DNA of 64,000 nucleotides from a virus. The stretch is taken from the IMG/VR virus record IMGVR_UViG_3300045988_180913; one strand, given 5' to 3'. Positions 7,427 to 15,419 of the stretch are shown here, one piece after another. How positions within the stretch are numbered: position 1 is the first letter of the stretch; each line of letters begins with the position of its first letter. The position numbers were made by a program, and so were the translations under genes. Below the pieces are notes generated by a model. That model did not search any database, was not told where the DNA came from, and saw only the letters and a list, made by a program, of their open reading frames with translations.

Positions 7427-7628
7427 TAATATTGAAAAATATAAGGATGAAATAAAGGAGATTTTAAATAAGAATAGAAATTTTGCTTTAATAAATGGTG
7501 AAATTAAAGATTGCATGCAAGTAGCATGTTTAAGATGTAGCTTTTTGTCAGATAGATGTGATTTGAAAAAATTAAATTGGTTATTAGAAGAAGATATAAA
7601 AGAAAGTGATGATATTAGTATCTATTAA
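7407..7628 (+). CDS. hypothetical Cys4-module protein
   Basis: Contains CMQVACLRCSFLSDRCDLKKLNWLLEE. Alternative start at ATG 7419. Confidence 0.55.
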   Translation: MKQKMFNNIEKYKDEIKEILNKNRNFALINGEIKDCMQVACLRCSFLSDRCDLKKLNWLLEEDIKESDDISIY

Positions 7629-7656
7629 ATTTTGTCAATAAAAGGAGAAAAATAAA

Positions 7657-8190
7657 ATGAATACAAATTTTAAAACAATAATGAGAGAAAAATCAAGAAT
7701 GTGCAAAATGTATGAAACATGCCAAGAATGTTTTTTAAATGAAAATATGGATAAATATAATTTTCAAGATTGTAATGAATATATGATATCTGATCCAGAA
7801 TTGTTTTTAAATGATATGAATAAATGGATGGATGAAAATCCAAGAAAAACAAATAGTGATTTGTTTAACTATAAATTTAAAAATATTCCATGGTCAATAA
7901 AAAATGAAGATGGATTTATTAGATGTGGATATAAAACAGATTGTAAAGAATTAATTCCATGTAATGACTGTCCTTGGTGGTTTGAACCAAAGGATGCTGA
8001 ATGGGATGAAAGAAAATATGAAAAGATAACGGATGAAAAAGATAATACAGAAGAAGCTGTAGAAGCATCTAATGAATTAAATGATATTGATAATATAGAA
8101 ACACAAAATGAAAGTAATGAGACAACAGAGGATGATACTGAAAATATTGTTGAAATAAAAGATGAAGATAATGAATCATGGAGTGAATAA
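7657..8190 (+). CDS. hypothetical Cys-rich protein with acidic tail
   Basis: RBS AAGGAG. CKMYETCQECF...C...KWMDE, a second cluster CKELIPCNDCPWW, and a D/E/N-rich C-terminus. Confidence 0.6.
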   Translation: MNTNFKTIMREKSRMCKMYETCQECFLNENMDKYNFQDCNEYMISDPELFLNDMNKWMDENPRKTNSDLFNYKFKNIPWSIKNEDGFIRCGYKTDCKELIPCNDCPWWFEPKDAEWDERKYEKITDEKDNTEEAVEASNELNDIDNIETQNESNETTEDDTENIVEIKDEDNESWSE

Positions 8191-8192
8191 AA

Positions 8193-8498
8193 ATGATTGA
8201 TTTAATATCTAAATATAATGATAGTTTAAACAAAATTATCAATAGTGAAGAAAAAGATATGATGAAAGTTTTTGTTGTTGAGGAATGTTCAGAGCTAATA
8301 AAAGCAATAACAAAAATGGAAAGATCAAAAGGGTATTCAGATTATGTTAAATTAAGAAGTAATATAATTGAAGAAATGTCTGACGTAATCATATCAATTT
8401 TACTTTACATAAAAGAAAACAAAATAGATGAAAAAGAGTTATATGAAGAAATAGAAATAAAAATGAAAAGGAAGATAAAGGAAATAACAATAGAATAA
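8193..8498 (+). CDS. MazG-like nucleotide pyrophosphohydrolase
   Basis: VVEECSELIKAITK...IIEEMSDVIISILLY carries the EE..E / E..D all-alpha NTP-PPase signature. Confidence 0.65.
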   Translation: MIDLISKYNDSLNKIINSEEKDMMKVFVVEECSELIKAITKMERSKGYSDYVKLRSNIIEEMSDVIISILLYIKENKIDEKELYEEIEIKMKRKIKEITIE

Positions 8499-8819
8499 TG
8501 TCTAATAGAATAAAGAAAAATAGAAAGAAAAAGAAATTAATAACAAACAAAGAAATTGAAAAAATAAAAGATGATGTAACAAATGAAGCAATAAGAAAAG
8601 CATTTATTTTAATGCTATGTATACCAACAATGGTAATACATGATAAGTATGCATATATTACAAAAAAAGATAGATGAAAAAGGTAGAAATAGAGAGGAAA
8701 GGTTTATTGATTTATGTCTTGATAATTATGAATGTATATTATCAGAGAATGTAGAATTAAGAGAATTAGTAAAAATATTAAAGGACGAAACAGGTGTAGA
8801 TATTTCAAAAATAACATAG
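8498..8819 (+). pseudogene. conserved phage gene split at an A7 run (or two overlapping 59-aa ORFs)
   Basis: ORF 8498..8677 (MSNRIKKNRKKKKL...AFILMLCIPTMVIHDKYAYITKKDR*) continues in the +1 frame as IDEKGRNREERFIDLCLDNYE...ETGVDISKIT* (to 8819) if one A is removed from A7 (8662-8668). Confidence 0.45.
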
Positions 8820-8865
8820 TTTTATATTTATAAAATTAGTAAAAAGTTAGAAGGGAGCAATAATA

Positions 8866-8952
8866 ATGAAATTGCTTGACAAAATATTTTATATTTGTAT
8901 AGGATTAGTGATAGGAATTACAATATCATTAATATTTATTTTAACATTATAA
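8866..8952 (+). CDS. 28-aa single-TM micropeptide
   Basis: GGGAGC RBS. Sequence MKLLDKIFYICIGLVIGITISLIFILTL. Below the ORF-track cutoff. Confidence 0.35.
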   Translation: MKLLDKIFYICIGLVIGITISLIFILTL

Positions 8953-9237
8953 TTAAAAAAATGAAGATAATAATAAAATATAATGATGATCATATTGTAG
9001 AGCAAATTAAAAAATTGCAAAAGTTGGAAAAGAGTATGAATTAATGATTTTTTTAGAATATTATAAATATAGGAAAAAGTAATATGAAAAACCAATATTT
9101 TTGGATAGGAATTGTAATGTTATTGCTTGAGTTTATTATAATTTGGTTTTAAAGTGTTGCAGGAAAGAAGAAAAGTAAAGAAAACATAAAGAAAGAGCAA
9201 TTAAAAAAAATATTTAAATAAAAATAATTTTATTTTA

Positions 9238-9477
9238 ATGGAAGAAATAAAAGGAATTAAGCAAATTTATGAATTAAAAAAAGAAGGTGAAGAAATGTAT
9301 TTAGATGTGTTAAAATCATGTCCATTTTGTGGTAGCAAACCAGAAATGTTTGAAACATATCATAAAAGTATTAAGTATTATATAATATGCAAAAAATGCA
9401 ATATAAAAACATATGAATATGATTATAGGTTAGATGCAATAAATACATGGAATAGAAGAATTAAAGAGAATGGGTAA
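9238..9477 (+). CDS. lar: Lar-family restriction alleviation protein
   Basis: CPFCGSKPEM...YYIICKKCNIKT...AINTWNRR matches the Lar pattern (CPFCG...C..C...A...WN.R). Alternative start ATG 9295 after AGAAGGTGA. Confidence 0.7.
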   Translation: MEEIKGIKQIYELKKEGEEMYLDVLKSCPFCGSKPEMFETYHKSIKYYIICKKCNIKTYEYDYRLDAINTWNRRIKENG

Positions 9478-9514
9478 ATAATAATATAAAAGATGTGAGA
9501 AAGTAAAATAAAAA

Positions 9515-10783
9515 ATGAAATTCGATATATTCTCAAAAAAACAATTAATAGTTCTGACATGGTGGAATGAAAAAAGTAAGTTCAAAGATAAAAAGGGAAT
9601 AATATGTGACGGATCTATCAGAAGTGGCAAATCGTTAAGTATGTCCCTATCTTTTATCTTTTGGGCAATGAAAAATTTCACAGGACAGCAGTTTGGTATG
9701 TCAGGTAAAACAGTAGGAGGCTTTGAAAGAAACGTAATATTTTGGTTATTACCTATATTAAAATCAAGAGGCTATAAGGTAGAATATAAAGATAATACTT
9801 TAATAGTTAAAATAAGAGATAATAGTACAAATGAAATAAAGTTAAATTACTTTTATGTATTTGGTGGTAGAGATGAAAGATCTTTTTCAATAATACAAGG
9901 TATGACAGCAGCAGGTTGGTACTTTGATGAAGTAGCTTTACAACCAAAGTCATTTGTAAATCAAGCAATAGGTAGGTGCTCAGTGAAAGGAAATAAGTTA
10001 TGGTTTAACTGTAACCCTGATATGCCAAATCATTGGTTCAAAACTGACTTCATTGATAATAAGGATAAATTAAATATGTTACATCTCCATTTTACTATGG
10101 ACGATAATCCTTCATTAGATGAAGAGATAATAAATGACTATAAAAGTAGATTTACTGGTGTATTTTATTTAAGATATATTTTAGGTCTTTGGGCATTAGC
10201 AGAAGGTATCATTTATGATATGTATAATGAAGAAATAAATACATATGAGAAAATAGATGAAAATATTAAATTAAATAGTACAAGATATTTTGCAATAGAT
10301 TATGGAACAACAAATCCATTTGTGGTATTAGATATATTTGATACCTGGGAAATTGCATATCAAGAAAATGAAATATATTATGATAGTAAAAAAACAAAAA
10401 AGAGTTTACCTGATATTGAATATTTAAGTATGATAAAAGAATTAGAAAAAAAAGAAAATATACCAGTATCAAAAATAATCATAGATCCATCAGCAGAGAG
10501 TTTAAAGGTACTACTTAGAGATAATGGTTATATAGTAAAGGATGCAAATAATTCAGTATTGGAAGGAATTAAATGTACAGGGTCTGCTTTGTGGCAAGAG
10601 AGGTATAAAATAAATAAAAGAAACTGCAAAAATACTATAAAAGAAATTGGCGGATACGTATGGGATGAGAAAGCTATAAAAAGAGGGGAAGAAAAACCTA
10701 TTAAAATAGATGATCATGCAATGGATGCAATGAGATATTTTATCAATACTATAATGAGAAGTAGAATATTAGGTAGAATGTAG
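9515..10783 (+). CDS. terL: terminase large subunit (PBSX XtmB / Terminase_3-like)
   Basis: Walker A GSIRSGKS and Walker B GWYFDEVA. C-terminal nuclease region has IIDPSA and DDHAMDAMRY. Confidence 0.9.
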   Translation: MKFDIFSKKQLIVLTWWNEKSKFKDKKGIICDGSIRSGKSLSMSLSFIFWAMKNFTGQQFGMSGKTVGGFERNVIFWLLPILKSRGYKVEYKDNTLIVKIRDNSTNEIKLNYFYVFGGRDERSFSIIQGMTAAGWYFDEVALQPKSFVNQAIGRCSVKGNKLWFNCNPDMPNHWFKTDFIDNKDKLNMLHLHFTMDDNPSLDEEIINDYKSRFTGVFYLRYILGLWALAEGIIYDMYNEEINTYEKIDENIKLNSTRYFAIDYGTTNPFVVLDIFDTWEIAYQENEIYYDSKKTKKSLPDIEYLSMIKELEKKENIPVSKIIIDPSAESLKVLLRDNGYIVKDANNSVLEGIKCTGSALWQERYKINKRNCKNTIKEIGGYVWDEKAIKRGEEKPIKIDDHAMDAMRYFINTIMRSRILGRM

Positions 10784-10801
10784 AAAAAAGTAAAAAAACT
10801 A

Positions 10802-10830
10802 TTTACAAACTTATAAAGCTATAGTATAAT
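10802..10830 (+). promoter_or_regulatory. sigma-A-type promoter (family copy P4) with conserved leader
   Basis: CTATTTACAAAC. TTTACA (10802-10807), 17 nt, TATAAT (10825-10830). Leader ATAAATATAGGGAA...TTAGTTAAAAAATAGGAGGA. Confidence 0.7.
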
Positions 10831-10878
10831 ATAAATATAGGGAAAAGGAATTAGTTAAAAAATAGGAGGAAAAGTTAG

Positions 10879-11055
10879 ATGAAAATTTATGAGATTGCTC
10901 ACGAAAATATTGTATGTCCAAATGAATTTAGAAAAATTGAAATTATGAAAGAAAATGTGATATGGTATATTAGAAATTCAGTGAATTATGATGATATGAT
11001 TGAAAATATGCCAGACATGAGTGATGTTGAACCAGAGGAAAAGAGGAATATGTGA
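10879..11055 (+). CDS. hypothetical small protein (58 aa)
   Basis: First ORF after the P4 leader. RBS AGGAGGA. Below the track cutoff. Confidence 0.45.
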   Translation: MKIYEIAHENIVCPNEFRKIEIMKENVIWYIRNSVNYDDMIENMPDMSDVEPEEKRNM

Positions 11056-11156
11056 ATCATTTTGTAAATAGCTGGTTAGATAATCAAGTAAAAGAATTTT
11101 ATGGAACCGGGTTTTATGATCTTGGAGATTATGACTTGGTAATTGAGGATGAGTAA
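11052..11156 (+). CDS. hypothetical small acidic protein (34 aa), GTG start coupled to the upstream stop
   Basis: AAGAGGAA RBS lies 5 nt before GTG 11052, overlapping TGA 11053-55. Sequence NHFVNSWLDNQVKEFYGTGFYDLGDYDLVIEDE. Confidence 0.3.
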   Translation: MNHFVNSWLDNQVKEFYGTGFYDLGDYDLVIEDE

Positions 11157-11169
11157 AATAAAAAAATAT

Positions 11170-11196
11170 TCCCTACATTTAGTAGGGATTTTGTTA
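11170..11196 (+). terminator. rho-independent terminator
   Basis: TCCCTAC-attta-GTAGGGA followed by TTTTGTT. Confidence 0.65.
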
Positions 11197-11209
11197 TATA
11201 AAAAATAAA

Positions 11210-11686
11210 ATGGCTAAACATAAAAAAGATTACAATAGTATATTAAGATCTAAAAGAGAAGAAGAAAAACAAAGATCTTATTTAAAAAGAAATGTAAAAA
11301 TAACAATAGAAGATGTAAAGAAATTAGAAGAACTAATACAAAAAGAAAAAGAAAATGGTGTGGAAAAAAGTATATTTAAATCAAAAGGAAATTTTATGTA
11401 TATGATAAATAAACTTTTATATAATCCACATTTAATACCAAGAGAAAGACTATGTTTTAACTATGAATTTACAAATGAATCATGTAGGGGAAGATTAAGA
11501 GATGGTCGTGTAATAAGTGTTAAAATGAAAGTAGTAAATAATAAGAAAGTTTACTATATTAAAATAAATGGTAAATTGAGAGATAAAGCTATAGGTCAAA
11601 CTAAAGCTTGTGAAAAGATAAGAGATATAATAGGTTTACCGGAAGGATGGGATGATGAGCAAGGAAGTGCAAGAATCTTTACTTAA
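11210..11686 (+). CDS. hypothetical basic protein
   Basis: 158-aa ORF between terminase and portal. Overlaps the portal start by 35 nt. Confidence 0.55.
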   Translation: MAKHKKDYNSILRSKREEEKQRSYLKRNVKITIEDVKKLEELIQKEKENGVEKSIFKSKGNFMYMINKLLYNPHLIPRERLCFNYEFTNESCRGRLRDGRVISVKMKVVNNKKVYYIKINGKLRDKAIGQTKACEKIRDIIGLPEGWDDEQGSARIFT

Positions 11687-13280
11687 AGAAATTGAAGATA
11701 TGCAGCCTATAAAGTCTACTGATTCCAAAGAAGTAATAAAAGAAAAATTAAAGAGCCAAACTGAAGTATTAAATAAATTATATACAATGGATGCTTTTCA
11801 AAATCAAATGGCAAGATTAGGGTTTGGACAACCTAATTTAAATGAAGGAGCAGATTATCCTTTAACAAGGATGAGTCAAAATTATAATTTATTTACTTCA
11901 TTATATAGAAGTTCTTGGATTGTTAGAAAAATAGTTGATGTCTTCCCATCTGACATGGTAAAGAACTGGATAAAATTTAATTCTTCTTTGGATCCTGAAA
12001 AAATAAGTAAAATTAATTCAGTAATAAGAAAGACAAAAACAAAAGAAAAAATAAAAGAAGGGTTAAGATGGGCAAGACTTTATGGTGGTGCAGCTGGTTT
12101 AATATTAATTGATGGTGACGAAGATTTAAGTGAACCTTTAGATTATGATGCTATAATGTTGGACGATTATAAAGGTTTGTTAATATTTGATAGATGGAAT
12201 GGGATTTATCCTGACATAGAGTTAGAGGATGATATATCTGATGAAGAATATGGTTATCCTAAATATTATTCAATATCATTATCCGAAGCAAATAACAATT
12301 TAATGTTATCATACAATAAACAAGACTTAGTAAAAGTACATCATTCAAGAATAGTTAGATTTAACGGCAGAGATTTACCTTTATGGGAAAGACAAGCTGA
12401 AATGTTTTGGGGTGAGTCTGAAATTGAAATAGTTTTTGAAGAATTAAAGAAAAGAGATAATACATCAGCAAATATAGCTTCTTTAATATTCCTTGCAAAT
12501 ATAAGAGTATTAAAGATGAATGATTTAGGACAATTGTTAGGAGCAAGTACACAAAAGGCTCAAGAAAACCTGTATAAAGTATTACAAGCACAGAACCAAT
12601 TAATGTCTAACATGGGTATATATGTTATGGACAAGGATGATGATTTTGGATCAGAACAATATAGCTTTGGTGGATTAAATGATATATATGAATCATTCAT
12701 GTTAGATATTGCAGGTGCTTGTGAAATGCCAGTAACAAAGTTATTTGGTAGAGAGCCTACTGGATTTAATTCTACAGGTGAGAGTGATTTAACACAATAC
12801 TATGATACATTAGAAGAAAAGCAAGAAACTTATTTGCAGCCAATAATTGATAAATTATTACCAATTATATTTATGTCTACATTAGGTGCAATACCTGAAG
12901 ACTTGGATTGGGAATTTAATCCATGTATGAATGTAAATAGTAAAGATCTTGCTGATTTAGCACAATCAATGGCATCTCCTATATTTGAAGCATTTAATGC
13001 AGGGTTAATAACTAAAGAGATTGCATTAAAAGAATTAAAACAACAAAATGAAAAAACTGGAATGTGGTCAAATATAACTGATGAAGATATAAAAAATGCA
13101 AAAAATGAAGATAACTCAGGAGAATATACTAATGAAGAACAAGAATCTTTAATGAGTGAGTTAAATCCTGAACAAAATGATATGGAAGAAATATATAATG
13201 AAAATATAAATACACAAAAAGTTAGTGATTCAGGTTGGAGAGAAAGAGTGAAAGCTATACTTAGAAAAAAGGTGTATTAA
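11652..13280 (+). CDS. portal protein (DUF1073-type)
   Basis: 542 aa, positioned after the terminase. MARLGFGQPNL...YRSSWIVRKIVD...ARLYGGA is typical of DUF1073 portals. Acidic C-terminus. Confidence 0.8.
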   Translation: MMSKEVQESLLKEIEDMQPIKSTDSKEVIKEKLKSQTEVLNKLYTMDAFQNQMARLGFGQPNLNEGADYPLTRMSQNYNLFTSLYRSSWIVRKIVDVFPSDMVKNWIKFNSSLDPEKISKINSVIRKTKTKEKIKEGLRWARLYGGAAGLILIDGDEDLSEPLDYDAIMLDDYKGLLIFDRWNGIYPDIELEDDISDEEYGYPKYYSISLSEANNNLMLSYNKQDLVKVHHSRIVRFNGRDLPLWERQAEMFWGESEIEIVFEELKKRDNTSANIASLIFLANIRVLKMNDLGQLLGASTQKAQENLYKVLQAQNQLMSNMGIYVMDKDDDFGSEQYSFGGLNDIYESFMLDIAGACEMPVTKLFGREPTGFNSTGESDLTQYYDTLEEKQETYLQPIIDKLLPIIFMSTLGAIPEDLDWEFNPCMNVNSKDLADLAQSMASPIFEAFNAGLITKEIALKELKQQNEKTGMWSNITDEDIKNAKNEDNSGEYTNEEQESLMSELNPEQNDMEEIYNENINTQKVSDSGWRERVKAILRKKVY

Positions 13281-13281
13281 A

Positions 13282-13485
13282 ATGTATAATAATATTTATG
13301 GTATTAAAGATTGTATCAATGAAATAAATAAGGATTTATTGAGTGTAAGTAATGATATGTGTAATTTAAAGAATATGTTTAATAAAAGAATAATGACATT
13401 TGATTCTAATTTTGAAGAGAGGCAAAAGAATGCTAAAGTTTCAAATAACTTCTCAAAATTTAAAGTTGGTAGAAAAACCAAGTAG
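13282..13485 (+). CDS. hypothetical small protein
   Basis: 67-aa ORF starting 2 nt after the portal stop. Overlaps the next gene by 56 nt. Confidence 0.4.
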   Translation: MYNNIYGIKDCINEINKDLLSVSNDMCNLKNMFNKRIMTFDSNFEERQKNAKVSNNFSKFKVGRKTK

Positions 13486-14014
13486 AGATATAGTTGATAA
13501 TCAAATAAACTTTTTGTCAGCAAATTTTGTATTTAGTGAAGAATGGACAGATATTAAAAAGTTAGTTCAATTTACTCAAGAAAGAGCAAAAGACAATTGG
13601 TTAGTAAACATAGACTTGGGAACATCTAATGATGTAACTATCAAAATGCCAAGTGATATAAGAGCAGGAATATTAAATATAGCTTGTTATGGCGAGATTA
13701 CAGAGGAAGATGAAGATGGTGTAAAAGATTTCATAAAGAAAGTAGGAACAACAAAATATAGCATTCCAATTGTTGAATCTGGTATAAATGATGAAGGCTT
13801 AGAAATTGGCATTGTTGGTGATAAGAATTATGTACATGAGCAATTACAAGCATCTAATGAATGGAGTGTAAATCATAAATTAAAAAAATATCCAAGTGTG
13901 TCAATTATAGATAGTGCAGGTACAAATGTAATAGGAGAGGTTACATATTTGGATGAAAATAGTTTGAGAATAAATTTCTCAAGTATAATGAGTGGTAAGG
14001 CATTTTTAAATTAA
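13430..14014 (+). CDS. putative virion/fibre-associated structural protein
   Basis: ORF 13400..14014. Likely start ATG 13430 after GAGAGG. Predicted beta-rich. First gene of the fibre island. Confidence 0.45.
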   Translation: MLKFQITSQNLKLVEKPSRDIVDNQINFLSANFVFSEEWTDIKKLVQFTQERAKDNWLVNIDLGTSNDVTIKMPSDIRAGILNIACYGEITEEDEDGVKDFIKKVGTTKYSIPIVESGINDEGLEIGIVGDKNYVHEQLQASNEWSVNHKLKKYPSVSIIDSAGTNVIGEVTYLDENSLRINFSSIMSGKAFLN

Positions 14015-14028
14015 GAATTGGGGGTAAA

Positions 14029-15108
14029 ATGATATACTTAGTTAATTTAAATTTATCAGGGAACGAATTGCAAAATGCTGTAATACAACCTGTTGGTGTG
14101 TTACCTGGAAGTGCAAAAGAAGGCCAAATTGTTTATAATTCTTCTGAAAAGAATTTATATATTTATAATGGATCAGCATGGAAAGTTGTTGGAAAAGAAT
14201 ATACTTTACCTGTTGCATCTTCAAGTACTTTAGGTGGCATTAAGGTAGGTGCAGGGCTTGCAATAAATGATGGTGTTCTTAGTGCAACAGGTGGCGGAGT
14301 TGCTGATGCTGTAGATTGGTCAAATGTACAAAACAAACCGGAAGGTCTTGTTATAGATGAATCATATGTGCATACGGACAATAATTATACTAATGTAGAA
14401 AAGACAAAATTAAGTGGTATTCAAAATGGTGCAGAAGTAAATGTGCAAGCTGATTGGAATGAATCTTCAAGTTCATCTGATGCATACATAAAAAATAAAC
14501 CAACAATCCCTTCAACAGCTTCAGAGGTAGGAGCAATACCTACAAGTGAAAAAGGGTCAAATAATGGAGTTGCTACATTAGATGGTTCAGGCAAAGTTCC
14601 TGCTGCACAATTACCTTCTTATGTAGATGATGTTGTTGAATATGATAATAAATCAGCATTTCCACAAACAGGTGAAGATGGCAAAATATATATAGCTAAG
14701 GATACCAATTTAACATACAGATGGTCAGGAACAGAATACATAGAAATTTCACCAAGTTTAGCATTAGGTGAAACAAGTTCAACTGCATATCCTGGTGATA
14801 AAGGTAAAATTGCTTATGATCATAGCCAAGTAAAAACAGGAAATCCTCATAACACAAAGTTTAGTGACTTACCTGATAAACCAAAGCTTGTTAAAACACA
14901 GGAGGATACATTACCTACAACAGTAAGTACAAAAACAATTACAATTGCGGGAGGAAAAATATTTTCCACAATGGTGTATGATTCTGTAACTTTTGAAGAA
15001 GTAATTGTCGATAAAAAATATGATGCAACAAGAGCAAATGTTACAATCACTACAGCAGCAAATCCTACAAATGCATTGGCCATTGTTGTCTCATATATAG
15101 AAATATAA
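14029..15108 (+). CDS. tail fibre-like protein
   Basis: N-terminus NLSGNELQNAVIQPVGVLPGSAKEGQIVYNSSEKNLYIYNGSAWKVVG and STLGGIKVGAGLAINDGVLSA are typical phage fibre N-domains. Confidence 0.65.
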   Translation: MIYLVNLNLSGNELQNAVIQPVGVLPGSAKEGQIVYNSSEKNLYIYNGSAWKVVGKEYTLPVASSSTLGGIKVGAGLAINDGVLSATGGGVADAVDWSNVQNKPEGLVIDESYVHTDNNYTNVEKTKLSGIQNGAEVNVQADWNESSSSSDAYIKNKPTIPSTASEVGAIPTSEKGSNNGVATLDGSGKVPAAQLPSYVDDVVEYDNKSAFPQTGEDGKIYIAKDTNLTYRWSGTEYIEISPSLALGETSSTAYPGDKGKIAYDHSQVKTGNPHNTKFSDLPDKPKLVKTQEDTLPTTVSTKTITIAGGKIFSTMVYDSVTFEEVIVDKKYDATRANVTITTAANPTNALAIVVSYIEI

Positions 15109-15120
15109 TATTAATATATG

Positions 15121-15228
15121 TCAGAGGCTTCAGATTTAATTACAATAAATTATTTATATCTTATTACATTTTTCCATTAATAAAAACAAAAAGTTCATTA
15201 TGGATTAATTTGAAGTCTTATTTTTTTA
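15121..15228 (+). terminator. extended hairpin plus U-tract element (homologous to 60556..60654)
   Basis: TCAGAGGCTTCAGATTTAAT (15121-15140) pairs imperfectly with ATTAATTTGAAGTCTT (15204-15219). TATTTTTTTAT follows. Shares CAGAGGCTT / AAAGTTCATT / CTTATTTTTTT strings with the copy after dnaE. Confidence 0.5.
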
Positions 15229-15242
15229 TATGGTGATTGAAA

Positions 15243-15407
15243 ATGAAAAATTTAAGCAAAATAGATGAACAAAAAGATGTTATTGATAAGGAATATGTAG
15301 ATAATAGTGTTGCAGTAAAAGCTCCAGCTTATACTTATAGCACGACAGACCTTATTGCTGGAACAAGCCAATTAGAAACAGGAAAGCTTTATTTTGTGTA
15401 TGAATAG
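15243..15407 (+). CDS. small fibre-associated protein (54 aa; paralogue of 17060)
   Basis: MKNLSKIDEQKDVIDKEYVDNS...GKLYFVYE compared with MKILSKIENANDIPSKEFVDQK...GVLYCIYEEE. Confidence 0.45.
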   Translation: MKNLSKIDEQKDVIDKEYVDNSVAVKAPAYTYSTTDLIAGTSQLETGKLYFVYE

Positions 15408-15419
15408 GGTGAAAAATAA

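Noticed and set aside
11035-11060. Possible frameshift joining the two small ORFs after promoter P4
   Set aside because: The second ORF has its own AAGAGGAA RBS and a GTG start overlapping the upstream stop (ATGTGA). This is explained more simply as translational coupling.
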